64,000 bases of DNA. Source: Naegleria gruberi. Taxonomy: Eukaryota. Where the stretch lies: assembly GCA_000004985.1 (NCBI GenBank), contig GG738909.1; one strand, 5' to 3'. Position 1 is the stretch's first letter. Each line of letters starts with the position of its first letter. The notes under the pieces were generated by a model. It saw nothing but the letters and a program-made list of their open reading frames with translations. It ran no database searches and was not told the origin of the DNA. This document shows, piece after piece, positions 21,297 to 33,100 of the stretch. A program made the translations under genes and the position numbers.

Positions 21297-22967
21297 GTGA
21301 AATCAATTTCAAAATATGAAATGGAAATGTTTTGGAAGATTGTAAGAATCTCTTTAAAAAAAATGTCAAACAATGAGGAAGGTGAATCACAACATTTACT
21401 TTCTAATAATGATCGGAATGAGAATAATCAAGACGAAATACAAACAAATCTTAATTCACCCAATAACGATCTAAATTTTTCACAAACTAATTCTCATAGT
21501 ACTGATAATCATGAAACTCCTGATTCAGAAGAAACTCTTTTTATTAATTTAGGAAATAATTCATTCATTGAAAAATATCCATCAAGAGTAAAAGATGAAT
21601 ATAAAAAGATTATTTGCTGTCAATTAATTACTTTAATTTCAAATGAGAGAAAATTAACTAATTTCGTATATTTATTAGCTTGTTTATGGATGTTTATTTG
21701 TGTATTAATTGGTGGTTCATTATTTTCTGCTGCTCTGTCAACTGTCGATGAAGCTGATTGTGGAGCTGCTTCAATTATTTATAATGAATGTGGAAAATCA
21801 TTGAATTGTACTGTTTATGATGGAAAATCATTGAATTTGAGAGGATCAATATTTCAATCTAATATGTTTCTAACAGTTTCGAATTTAAATAGAAGTATGA
21901 ATGATAATATGAAACATGTCATTGAATTGGCATGTCCTGAATTATGTTACAAAACAGGAATGTGGGATTTTGAAAATTGTGAAAAATTTAACATGAAACT
22001 TTCGAATATTTGTTTAAATTACGATTCAGAATATTGTCTAGTGAGTGAATTGATGGTTGAAGGATTGACTTCACTAATAGAATTGAAGAGATTTGATTTG
22101 GGTGTTGTTTATTCATATTTTATTCAACCATTTCTTCCACTCATTCTAATCAATATTTTACAAAATGTTGCAGATATTGCTTTAGATTTAATTAGAAATA
22201 CGAAATCACTTGGAAGAATGTTAACTATTTCAGTATTAACACTTTTATCACATTTACTTTATTTAATTCCAATTATTGTAAAGTATGAAAAGACATTTGG
22301 AAAGTGGAATATTTTCAATTTCTTTCAACCATTGATTTCTTCATTACTTTTACTTTCTTTATTGGAATTTATAATGCCATTCTATAGAGCTCTGTATTCG
22401 AATGTTCCTAAAATTACTCTTGGTGAAAAATTACTTTTATGGATTAAGGAAAAAAAGAATGGAAAGAAGAAATCGAATCAAGAGATGATTACTTTCAAAG
22501 AGACAATCTCTGTAAAACTGAGAAAGCACTTACACACCATCAAGCAAACTTTATTTAATTCTAAACTTGACATGAGTTATACTCCTCAAAACAATTCGAA
22601 TCAAGAACAGGTGAATAATGAAGAGACAGGTGACAACAATTTAGTTAATCAAGAACATGTTTATAGATTGAATGCCATATTTCTACTCATTGGTTATTTA
22701 ATATTACTTGCTATATTTGAAGGATTGTGTGGAATTGTCATGGCATTCAAAATAATTTCCATTTCAAGAGGTTATTTTATTTGCATTACAATTGCTTACT
22801 TGATCACTTCATTTGCATTCATTACAATTTTATGTATGATTAAGAAGGAAAAGAAATGGTTGGGATTCATTATTCAAATCATTATCATGTTTGTCTCGTT
22901 TTGTGTTATTGTTGGATCATTCACCTATGTTTGGATTGTATTCAATTTTCAACCTTATTCATACTAA
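21297..22967 (+). CDS. Polytopic membrane protein: ~7 TM with a Cys-rich extracellular domain after TM1. Uncharacterised.
   Basis: The likely start is MSNNEEGESQ. TM1 is LLACLWMFICVLIGGSLFSAALS. A ~140-aa segment follows with 10 or more Cys (CGAASIIYNECGKSLNCTVYDG ... ACPELCYKTGMWDFENCEKF ... CLNYDSEYC). Six further hydrophobic helices lie between LTISVLTLLSHLLYLIPIIV and LGFIIQIIIMFVSFCVIVGSFTYVWIVF. Confidence 0.55.
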   Translation: MKSISKYEMEMFWKIVRISLKKMSNNEEGESQHLLSNNDRNENNQDEIQTNLNSPNNDLNFSQTNSHSTDNHETPDSEETLFINLGNNSFIEKYPSRVKDEYKKIICCQLITLISNERKLTNFVYLLACLWMFICVLIGGSLFSAALSTVDEADCGAASIIYNECGKSLNCTVYDGKSLNLRGSIFQSNMFLTVSNLNRSMNDNMKHVIELACPELCYKTGMWDFENCEKFNMKLSNICLNYDSEYCLVSELMVEGLTSLIELKRFDLGVVYSYFIQPFLPLILINILQNVADIALDLIRNTKSLGRMLTISVLTLLSHLLYLIPIIVKYEKTFGKWNIFNFFQPLISSLLLLSLLEFIMPFYRALYSNVPKITLGEKLLLWIKEKKNGKKKSNQEMITFKETISVKLRKHLHTIKQTLFNSKLDMSYTPQNNSNQEQVNNEETGDNNLVNQEHVYRLNAIFLLIGYLILLAIFEGLCGIVMAFKIISISRGYFICITIAYLITSFAFITILCMIKKEKKWLGFIIQIIIMFVSFCVIVGSFTYVWIVFNFQPYSY

Positions 22968-23155
22968 ACTATTCATTTATTCAACAAAATACTTATGTTT
23001 TTTATTTACAAATTATTATTTTATATAATTTATAATTAAAGTTGAGAAAAAAGAGAAAAATGTTTCTCTCAAACTCATAGCACAATAGAGGCGCTGGAAA
23101 CTGAAATGTCCACTTTGTCTGTTCGCACTTTAAGAATTTGAAATAATTATTCGAA

Positions 23156-23503
23156 ATGTCAGGTAATAACAAGAAAGGAACTCTTCCTTGGTTTTTTAAA
23201 GACATTAATTCAACTCATTTAAACTTTGAAGGAGACTTTGACAGAGAGCAACAAGAGGATGTAATAGTTGATAAAAGCTTGGGAGAAACGAACAAAAAAA
23301 GACAAGTTGAGGAATTTGGAATTACATTAGTTGCTGAGGAAGATAAGAAATGTTCAAATGAAATTAGTGATGCCATCTCATTACAAACAATTGAATTGAA
23401 ACAACTCGAAGGACAAAACTTGCCTGAAGGTGAACGATTAACAGAAAAACAATTGCAAGCATATATATATCACTGCGTTCTAAATGGAAAACGGTTAAGA
23501 TAG
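23156..23503 (+). CDS. Hypothetical protein (115 aa).
   Basis: ORF with a Dictyostelium-like ATG context (aaaATGtcag). Acidic, with no recognisable domain. A downstream out-of-frame acidic stretch (23510-23585) hints at an unresolved splice. Confidence 0.3.
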   Translation: MSGNNKKGTLPWFFKDINSTHLNFEGDFDREQQEDVIVDKSLGETNKKRQVEEFGITLVAEEDKKCSNEISDAISLQTIELKQLEGQNLPEGERLTEKQLQAYIYHCVLNGKRLR

Positions 23504-23650
23504 ATTGTGCATTCGAGTACATGTTCGATAAGAATGAAGATGATGAAGACAATGAAGATGCAGCACGAGATAATCCTTGTACATAAATTTTGTATTTTTC
23601 ATTCTTCTGGCATGGAAGGATATTTTGTTAAATATTTATTTGAAATTGTA

Positions 23651-24181
23651 TTAATCAATAATCAATTTCCTTAACTTTTCTTCAATTTCTTCCTTTTCCT
23701 TTTTCACATTTTCACATTCTTGTTTCATTCTTTCCATTCCAATATTGAGCTGATCGCTGATGGTTCCTCCTAATAGCAAAACACTTTCATTTCGTGCTTG
23801 CATTTCTCTCTGATCCATTTCTAATTCTCTCAACATGTATTTTAATTTCAGAGATGTCATTTGGAATTCTTCAGTGTTTCTCTTTTTCATTTCTATCAAT
23901 TCAATGAATTTTTTCTTGATTTCTGCAATTTCTAATAATTCTTGTACTGATTTTTCAACTCTAGAATCACTTCCTAACAATTTCGAATAATTCTTGATCA
24001 AGGTTCTCCAAAAAGTTTCTGATTGAACCAATTGCTCATGAGTTGATTTGTTAATAGAAAGAATGTTTTTTAAATGTTTAACAGAGAGATTGGAAAATAT
24101 TTCAATTTGCAACTCGGATGGTAGATCAACAAAGTTTGACATTTTTTTTAATTTATGGAACTGAAGGGAAACAATTATCAC
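23651..24181 (-). CDS. F-box protein with a C-terminal coiled-coil.
   Basis: The likely start is MSNFVDLPSELQIEIFSNLSVKHLKNILSINKS, a canonical F-box. It is followed by heptad-rich, E/K-rich coiled-coil sequence (EIKKKFIELIEMKKRNTEEF...KKEKEEIEEKLRKL). Confidence 0.65.
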   Translation of the reverse strand: MIIVSLQFHKLKKMSNFVDLPSELQIEIFSNLSVKHLKNILSINKSTHEQLVQSETFWRTLIKNYSKLLGSDSRVEKSVQELLEIAEIKKKFIELIEMKKRNTEEFQMTSLKLKYMLRELEMDQREMQARNESVLLLGGTISDQLNIGMERMKQECENVKKEKEEIEEKLRKLIID

Positions 24182-24690
24182 GAGTTACAATGTGATGATG
24201 AGTGAGAATACACAATTTGAGATTCTCAATTATTATTCTCGAGATTTTGAAATAGCAGAAACCGTTCTATTAATTCAATTAAAAATTGTTAATAAATATT
24301 ATATTCATAGGGGAATAATTGATGAAATTTTCATCTGAATACCAACTTTGCAGATTGTGATAAAAACGTATTAGGAAATATATTTCAATCGAAAAATATG
24401 GAAATAAAATCTGCAGAAGGTGGGATTTGAAATAGCGAAGCTTGCCCTTTGACCACTCGGGAACCCCTATTCTTACCAGCCATGGGTTGTGAATGGAATA
24501 TTTGTGAATATGTAGATTGGCTCATTTAACAGAATTACATGGAAAAAAAAAAGTGTCTAAACTGAGATTATTCTTTCTATGGTTTTAAGAGATGAAATTT
24601 TGAAATTTGGTACCTGTGTATAGTACATATATTTCTTCATATGATTGAAAAATTAATACTCAAAACTAAAAGATAAAGCTAAAAATTAAT

Positions 24691-24761
24691 CTCGAGTGCC
24701 GGGAATTGAACCCGGGTCGCCAGAGTGACAGTCTGGAATGCTACCACTATACCACACCCGA
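24691..24761 (-). tRNA. tRNA-Asp (anticodon GUC).
   Basis: On the minus strand: TCGGGTG-TG-GTAT-AGTGGTA-GCAT-T-CCAGA-CTGTCAC-TCTGG-CGAC-CCGGG-TTCAATT-CCCGG-CACTCGA-G. This is a canonical 71-nt cloverleaf and resembles eukaryotic tRNA-Asp. Confidence 0.9.
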
Positions 24762-25202
24762 TTTCATGTTAGTAACTGAAAACTAGCTCTTTCTATATGT
24801 TGATACCTATTATTTTTCATACGTTTATCCAACCTTGCTGAAACTCTCATAACTAACTTCAACACAAATGGCTAATTGTTGTTCAATAATTAGATTCCCA
24901 ATGTTAATATTTAGTAGGTGTTATTTAATCTTTACCTCCTTTGGACAACATGTCACGAGAAATGAACATTTTAATAAAGTGTCCTAGTAATAATTTATTC
25001 ATCTTCAATAGATTATTATATAAGTTAAGTGATACAATACAAGGAAGTACAAGATGATGATGATGATTGTAGTAGGGTTTGTTGTTGAATAAAGAGCGTG
25101 GAACTTTTTGTAGAGGAAGGTTCATGATGAAATCAAATTTGGGAATTATTGGGTATGAAGGGTATGAAAAGGAAAATTATCAATGATAAAAGTGGATTAA
25201 TA

Positions 25203-25955
25203 CTACTCTTCTGTAGGGTATGGATTGCTACTGAATGCCATCTTTCCAATTAGACTATCTGTGATATCAACAAATCCGTGTGGTTTTGAACCTCCTCTAT
25301 TATTCTTGCTCTTTTCAACTTTGACCTTCTTTGAGTAGGCTCGTGTAAAGGAACTATCTGTGAATTGGAAACAAATTTCAGCTTGGGATAATTCATTTTG
25401 AGATTTACCACCCTTTCTACTTGTTTGTTCATAGAAAGTTTCAACAGAATTTCTGAAACGTTTGCATGATTGTAGTTTCCCATCGGATGATTCAATATGA
25501 GTGGTAATTTGTTGTACGGTTTCATCTCTGAATTTAATATCAATAATCATGTATATGGTCTTTTCTTCTCTCCAATCGATTTCAATATTGAGAATATTGG
25601 TCAGAAGGGTATTTTCTTCAAATCCCTTTCTATTGGTAATCTGAACCAGATAATTACCAGAATCTCCAGAATTAAATGGTTTGGTTTTTCGTTTTTTAGT
25701 ATTCTCATTCTTCACTCTCGATATATTATTATTATTATTATTATTGGTGCTACTACTTGTACTACTCCTATAATTATCATCATATGAAACTTCTTCTTCT
25801 CCATCTGAGTGTTCTCCCTCTGATGATTCATTAGATGAGTATTCTTCCGATGACTCATAGCTTTCCTCTAATTTCCTCTTTTTGGTGAGTGAAATCAATA
25901 AGTTTGCTGCATCCTCTATTGACTTGATATCCATTTCTTGAACTGATAACATCAT
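25203..25955 (-). CDS. Hypothetical acidic/basic protein (250 aa).
   Basis: ORF with an S/E-rich acidic N-terminus and an (N)7 tract. Composition suggests a nuclear protein. No recognisable domain. Confidence 0.4.
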   Translation of the reverse strand: MMLSVQEMDIKSIEDAANLLISLTKKRKLEESYESSEEYSSNESSEGEHSDGEEEVSYDDNYRSSTSSSTNNNNNNNISRVKNENTKKRKTKPFNSGDSGNYLVQITNRKGFEENTLLTNILNIEIDWREEKTIYMIIDIKFRDETVQQITTHIESSDGKLQSCKRFRNSVETFYEQTSRKGGKSQNELSQAEICFQFTDSSFTRAYSKKVKVEKSKNNRGGSKPHGFVDITDSLIGKMAFSSNPYPTEE

Positions 25956-26540
25956 TTCATTATACTACACGATTTAACGTGAAAAATCAAATACTTTCAA
26001 AAAGACTGAATAATCTCAAATATAAAAATTTCTACTATAGTGTCGACTCAAAATGATGATGACTCTATATAAATTACTGCTGTGTGATGACGAAAACCGG
26101 AGCGATGGTAATCTTTATCGTTTTTTTACTTTTGAAAAAATCAAAAAGCGCGGCAAACAACTTGTTCGCTAATATTTTTGTGATTCGTTTTTTTAACAAC
26201 AAAGTTTTCTTCTTTCACTTGGAAAAACCCGCTAAAAAACTTTGCAACAAGAGGAAGAAAACACAATTGTTCCCTACTGGCAATCTCATCACCATCAATC
26301 ATTTTGTTGTGAACATGCCTGATTGCGCAAATATTGTTGCTGAAATATTGGAATCAATGATGATTTACGGATAAAGGGTTCATTGTGGTATCATGATGGT
26401 AATTAATCTGCTTGTTGTACACCAACATCATCAACGTTGCTATGAGACAAACCAACAACAGTGATAATGAGAGTGATGGATGGCTTGTTTCAATTTTGAT
26501 TACATCACCACAATATTCATATGGTTCTTTAGTAGTATAA

Positions 26541-27107
26541 TTTACAAGCCTTTTAATTGTTCTGCAAATCCTTGATTGAGACAAACAATGGAACGTTTCT
26601 TCTTTACATTACCATAGTATGCTTCTTCAAATGTCATTCCCTTCTTCAACATCAAGTAGGCTGTTACTATGGAGGCACTTCTACTCACTCCTCTTGAACA
26701 CTTTTAATAATAATTTAATATAATTTAATATAATTACAATGATGATTATTTAGATATTGTTTGTAGTTAATATATTTCTATTTGAATTTTAATCAGAACA
26801 AACCTACATGAACAAGTACTCTATTATTTTCATCTCCATTCAGTGCATTGTCAATAAACTCTGCACATGATTTAACATCTTTTGTAATGTTATAAACTGG
26901 TAAATCGACAGCCTTGATATGATAATATTCAATTTGAGATGTTTTCTCATGTTTCTTAATGAGCCCGAAACCACATACACAAATATGAGTGAATTTATAG
27001 GGTTCTCCTTTTAATATATTGATATCTGCATAGGCAGCATCTTCACTTCCGAGAAATAATCGTGGAATAATTTCATTACAATCTAGTTCATCATTAACTT
27101 TTGACAT
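26541..27107 (-). CDS. Dual-specificity protein phosphatase, ~153 aa, two exons.
   Basis: Exon 1 (26808-27107) runs MSKVNDELDCNEIIPRLFLGSEDAA...NRVLVH. The intron has a GTAGGT donor and an AAAAG acceptor (~26701-26807). Exon 2 (26541-26700) begins CSRGVSRSASIVTAYLMLKKGMTFEEAYY, which reconstitutes the HCxxGxxRS catalytic loop across the splice site. Confidence 0.75.
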
Positions 27108-27163
27108 TTTTATTTGCCATACTTTTGAATACTAGAAATAATTAAACGAAAAGTATTTTCAAT

Positions 27164-30026
27164 TTACAACTTAATGCTGCTTTCTGATATTGAAATAGGT
27201 TTAGCTAATTTTTGCAAAATTTCTTGGTGGTGTTTTTTTGTTGATACAACATACATCCCACCAGCTTTCAGCTCGTCTTTTTCACTTAATAAATCCATGG
27301 ACAATTCATCATAAATACAATCTACATTACTAAATTTTTGGCAAAAAGTCAGTATGTCCCCTTTGTTTCTTAGAGGAACTTTAAAGCTTTGTTTAAATTG
27401 TTCGCAATCGAATTGTATGGAAATGAATGACAACTTGTTCTTGTTGCACGTTTCTTCTGAAAATCTGTCCAAAATGTAGGAATAAATAATTTCAAAATCT
27501 GAACCAAAGTGTTTCGCATCTATCTCCATTGCCATTGATGGACTAGATTGGAATGCTTCTAGCTTGTGCTTCCAGTGAAAATCAAAGATTTTGGACTGGC
27601 TTTTGCTGACACATACCAAACAATCATCAACTCCCTCTATTAAGAGAGCCAAACTGGCAGCCATTATGTTCCATTCCTCCTCATACATTCTATCTTCTTC
27701 TACAATCAAAATAATGAGGTCATAAAAGGACAGTTTTACTTTCCTTGATGTGTCTGATATAACATCCACTGAACAAAGATCGCCAAGAGGTGATAATTGA
27801 ATGAAATTTACGAGTACTTCAGCAATATCATTTTCTGCATGAATTGCAATAGTGACTTTTTGTTTGGTAAGTTCCTTTCGGATTTCATTAAAGCGGCTTA
27901 TCATGGTAACAGCATTAGTATTCTTTTCATTTGCTTTCAAATGTAATGAATTTTTTTCAATCGTTTCTTCTATCAATCGGTAATTCACAATTTGTTGTTG
28001 AAATGGTGACAAATTTTCTTTTGTTAAATAGAATAATCTCTTGCAAAGATCAAGATATGATTGGATGGTGTGTGAATGTTTTTGAGAGATGGCTAGATTG
28101 ATATAACTTGAAGAACCAATTCCAACACACATGGTGGTAAGAATACTCTTTATGCTCAAGCCTTTTCCAATACTTTCGCTTGCACCTCTTAGTGAATTAC
28201 CTGCCCTTGGTATTGAACTTATTGAGAGATACTTATACAAATGGAAAGAACCGTAAGCTGCCACTCCCAATCCAACTAGGCCAATAATTCCATACAGTGC
28301 ATAGGAAAGCAGTGAGCTGTCTTCCGAGGAGGATATCTTTTGAATGAAATTATCTATTTTCATCAAAAGTGTACCTTTGTCAATATCAAAATCTTCATCT
28401 TGAAGAGTTGTGAAATCAATATCAAGCATCTTTTTTAGGTAATCCGAACTTAAGGAACTTTTTGACAATCTGCCAGTGTGAAGATGCTTCACAACCATAA
28501 ACAATAGGTTAACTGGATCCATACTGGAAACTACCACTTCTTGTTTACTATTTGGGCTAGGTCTAGCAAAGTATACTGCGAACACAAATGATGTTTTTCC
28601 AAACCAATAATTCACCTCAAACTGAATGCTTATACTGTCCTCAAGTTTTTCGTCTGATTTGATTGTAAAACATATATTATCAGAGTTAATTACTGGCGTT
28701 GAAATGGAGATATTGGTTTTAGAGCTGGTCATATTTAAAATTGTTTTGAAAATACCATTTCTATCTGAAATGTGGATTTTAAATGAACGATCTTTCATAT
28801 CTGAAACAAAATAAGTAGATTTACCTAATTGTTTCTCAATCATCTTGCTGTTTTCATTGATAGAAGCAATTCTTGTAAGGCAAGGTTCGATCTCACAAAT
28901 ATCAAACATCATACTTTTAACTTTTCTATGGTTGGGTGTTGATATTACAAAGAGGGAATGAAACGCATTGATGTAACTAATCATTTTACTCCTTTCTAAA
29001 AAGGTAGTATCAGTAATCTCACCTGTTGATGCACTAATCGCATCTACATTGAAAGAGACAATTTCACTAGTACTGAATGTATAGAATACTCCAATCTTTG
29101 AGTATGTTAACCATTCAATTATTTTGGTTGCTATTGTCGGGAAGTTTGACTTTAGCTTGGGAGTAGCCATTGTAACTAATTTCCAAAATAATCCAGAGAA
29201 AGTGAACAAATCATCGTTTACGTAATCTGAAATCTGTTTAAACGAGTCAACTAGAGTATCAAAAGTGGAAACTCCATCCACCAACAACTTTACAAAATTA
29301 ACTTGATCTACCTTGATAGGAGATGAGTGTTTGGTAGGTTTTTCAGAATAGTTTGCTATTTGTTGAAGTGCTAGTAAACAAGGTTGTACCAAATCTTTTT
29401 CGTAGAGAAACCATAGAAATTGTTTTGAGTATTTGGAAATTTCTTCCTTGACCACACTAGATGCAAAAAGTGGAGCTCCAAATCCCACACAATAGACATG
29501 TTCTTTCTTTTTAGGCTTTGAGTGGAGCACTCTAATAGCAGCCAATCCAGCTAGAGAACCTCCTGAATTAGTTATGTCATAATTTACATTGGAGGAGACA
29601 ACACTTACCAATTGAATGTCCGCAAAATACTACCTTGTAGCCTTTATCTAAATAATCAATGAAAAAATTCATTTGCATAGCACTTATTTTTGCACTAAAG
29701 CCTCTATGGTAAGATCCATTGCTTTCCTCCAAAGAGGTCGGAAAGCAATTTAAATTTGCCAAAATGTCTGAAACAGTTTCACTACCCTTGAATGCTACGT
29801 ACAAAATTTTGGGATCTGATGATTCAGCCATTAGAAAGGGGTGAATATTCATGTCAGTTGATTTAACAAGTTGATCAACTATTACATTGCAACCAGAATA
29901 ATTGCCAATATGTTCAACAGGGTCTTGTGAGTAACAACAATCAGAAAGTATGGCACATGTACTGATTATTTCTTTGCTAATATGAATGTCTTTAAGATGC
30001 TCATCAATGGTTTGTTGTTTGGACAT
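27164..30026 (-). CDS. Lipase class 3 (fungal-lipase-like alpha/beta hydrolase) domain protein, ~950 aa, two exons.
   Basis: Two track ORFs (29577-30026 and 27164-29611) join through a 46-nt intron with a GTAAGT donor (~29563-29608). The spliced product reads ...YHRGF...YKVVFCGHSIG|GSLAGLAAIRV, restoring the GHSxG nucleophile elbow. A large C-terminal extension of unknown function follows. Confidence 0.75.
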
Positions 30027-30139
30027 TTTTTACAATAGAATTAATAACGTTTCTGAGAAACGTGATGACAAATTGAAAAGAAAAAATCCCATCTTGTAAA
30101 TAACTATTTAACCAGGAAATCCGATACTTTTAATAACGT

Positions 30140-33100
30140 TTGCAAAAAAGAAAACAATACCAATTCCTTATTCTTGTTGTCTTCATTCTCATTCATTCAT
30201 ATGTCAAAAAAATGAAACCAATCACTTTGTGGTTGATTTGTGCATTTCTCATTTCTATTGTTCATGGTTCTCTCAAGATTTATAATGGGGAACCAGTAAA
30301 TGAACACATTCCTTTCATTGTGAGTTTAAAGATACCAAATGATTTGTGTGGAGGAAGTATTTTGAATGAACGCTTTATTCTTACCGCTGCCCATTGTTTT
30401 TGGTTTGCCAAAGAATGTGAAGATATTATAGTGGGTGCTGGTTCTAATATTCTGGACGCTCCATTACAACAAAGAAAAACACCTTTTCATAGGGATCAGT
30501 ATGTGCCACCTACATTCGATGCGAAAGGAAAATGTTTATTCTCCGATCTAAGAATTGTTGATCTTGGAGCTGGTAATGAATTAATATTTGACGGTACAGT
30601 TTCACCAGCTTTATTAGACACTAATGGTCCCACTGTGGGTGCGAGCGTTACTTTTGCTGGATGGGGTATTAGAAATGAAAACTCTCCTCATTCACAAAAA
30701 CTGTTCAAAACAACAGAGATTATTCAAGATTATAAGACTTGCCCTATTACTGATGAAAATTTTTTGCATTGTACACCAAATGAAAGTAGTGGTCAATTTT
30801 GTGCATGGAACGAAAAAAGTATTTCTTGTCCAGGTGATTCTGGAAGTCCAGTATTTTATGTAGCTAATGACAAGTCCAAAATAGTTACTGGTGTGGTTAG
30901 TGCTACCACTGCTTATGAAAAGAAAACATGTTTGCAACCTGGCCAGAAGGATTTACACACATCAGTAGCAAAACACACTAATTGGATAATAGAATATACA
31001 AATCAAAATACGTTATGTAAGTTTTCCAAATGTTACTTTGACTATATATATTTAAAAGATGGGTGGGGAAGAATGGATGACCACTTTTTATTCTGGAGAG
31101 AAAACCCTTCACAAGACGATTCCTTAACCAATCCAAAGATTATTAAGATGAATCCCTCTGAAGGTGTGATGCCAATATTGAGAAAACTGAGACCAACAAA
31201 AGGAAAGTTTGCACTTGGTATCTCCGCTTCAAATAGACTATATTTATGGGGTAGAGGAAACCAATATCAATTAGGAAATGGGAAGAATTCTGACATTCTC
31301 CATCCAACTGTTCATAATTTTGTTCTAGAAAATATTTTAGATGCATGTGGGGGTTATTCACATTCACTAGCCCTTAGTACTGATGGTAAGGTTTATGAAT
31401 GGGGAACACTCGCCGACGCTATTAAGAAGACACCAACTGTAGTTGTTTTTCCCAATAATGACAAAATCAAAAGTATATCCTGTGGCCACAGTCACAATCT
31501 TGCAGTTTCACAAGATATGAAAAGATTGTATTTTTGGGGTAAAAATCAATATGGAGAGGGAGGGAATATTAAGGGTGCCTGTGCATCAAATCCTAAAGCA
31601 TTCATCGAGCGTCCAATCCTTATCTCAATCGATAATAATGATTTTACCATTATTAGTATTTGTGCAGGAGATTCAACCAGTTATGAAGTAACATCAAAGG
31701 GACATGTTTATTCTTGGGGTTATAATGAACAATCTCTTCTAGGAACAGGTATTTCTAGTATTTGTATTGGAATACCAACAAAAATATCTGTGGAAAATGC
31801 AGAAAGAATGTATTGTGGTGATCAAATGTGTTTTGTAAAAGCTGTTAACAATGTGTACGGATGGGGAATTAACAAGTTTAATGAGATAGATGAATCTGGA
31901 CTTCCAATTATAAGCCCCATCATTACAAACATTGAAAGCGCGTCTGATATTACGATTGGAAATGATTTTGTTTTATACAAAATATCTGATAGTTGGTATG
32001 GCAAAGGAAATAATTATATGGTATCGGGTCCTTCTAACTTTAACAAAGGAGTTGATATTGAATGCACAAACTATTATTGCTTTGTTTTTGGTCAATCAGT
32101 GAAACTGAGAATTGATGTAACAGTTTGTTATTTTGTTTCATTAGCATTGAATATCATATTTTTTTGTTTAGGCTTAATATGTATCAAGAAAAGGTCAACG
32201 AAAATGAGATTATATACACCTTGTGTTTTTCCATTTTTAATGTTATGTTTGAGAATTTATCAAATTTATTTCAAGTTCAAATATAATCAAAATTATGGAC
32301 TGTTTGAGTCTGGTTTAGGTGACTATGAAATTTTATTGATTTTATTCTCATTATACACTCCTGTAGTATTAAGAAACAGTATTTTAGTCAATTTAACTGA
32401 ATATCTTGAAAAAGTGGTAAACAGATTTACCATTAGGCTTTGGAAAATATTTACCTCAGAGTTGTTATTTATTGGGTTTATATTATTGGCCTTCTTTGGA
32501 ATGGCATGTCCGATTTTTCTCAACCTCAAAGATAGACGTATTGTTATTATTGCTATTATAATTTTTTTTTTTATTATGAATATTTTATTGCAATATGTAA
32601 TACCTTTTATTCAATTTTGTTTGCATATTAAGAGGAGAAAATCAATTATCAACTTTTTTGATTTTGATGATCCGCTCCACTTAAGAAAGGAGTATTTGAG
32701 TGCCTTTTTGACTGTTGTGGTTAACCTATCTTTTGGATTTATTCTGACACCCTTCAGCGTTATCTGGCAGGTTAATGTTATTGTTCTACAACCAATTTTT
32801 TTTATTTTCTCAATGGGAGGATTAGCTTGTGCGATAGAGTTTATTAATAATTTCAGGAAAATATCAAATGCTTCATTGAATGAAGTGCTCATCATTCCAC
32901 GTTTGTTTGAATTGTTGAAGCAATATGCAAAAAGAGAGCTGACTTTTGAAAATGTCGTTTTACATGAAAAGATACAGGAAATAAGAGAAATGGTGGACGA
33001 AAGAGAAGTTTTTGAAAAGCTAAAAGAGGTCAATCGAGATTTTTTCTCAACATTTTCAAAATATGAGGTTTCAATCTCGAAAAATTCTAAAACAAATTTG

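Noticed and set aside
24380-24520. Short GC-richer patch (…gcgaagcttgccctttgaccactcgggaacccc…) upstream of tRNA-Asp as a second small RNA.
   Set aside because: I could not identify a cloverleaf or snRNA-like motifs, and it is too short and unstructured to support. It is probably just promoter or UTR sequence.
26354-26584. 76-aa ORF MSQSRICRTIKRLVNYTT… on the minus strand.
   Set aside because: It overlaps exon 2 of the DUSP gene in a different frame. The DUSP reading restores the catalytic motif, so this ORF is spurious.
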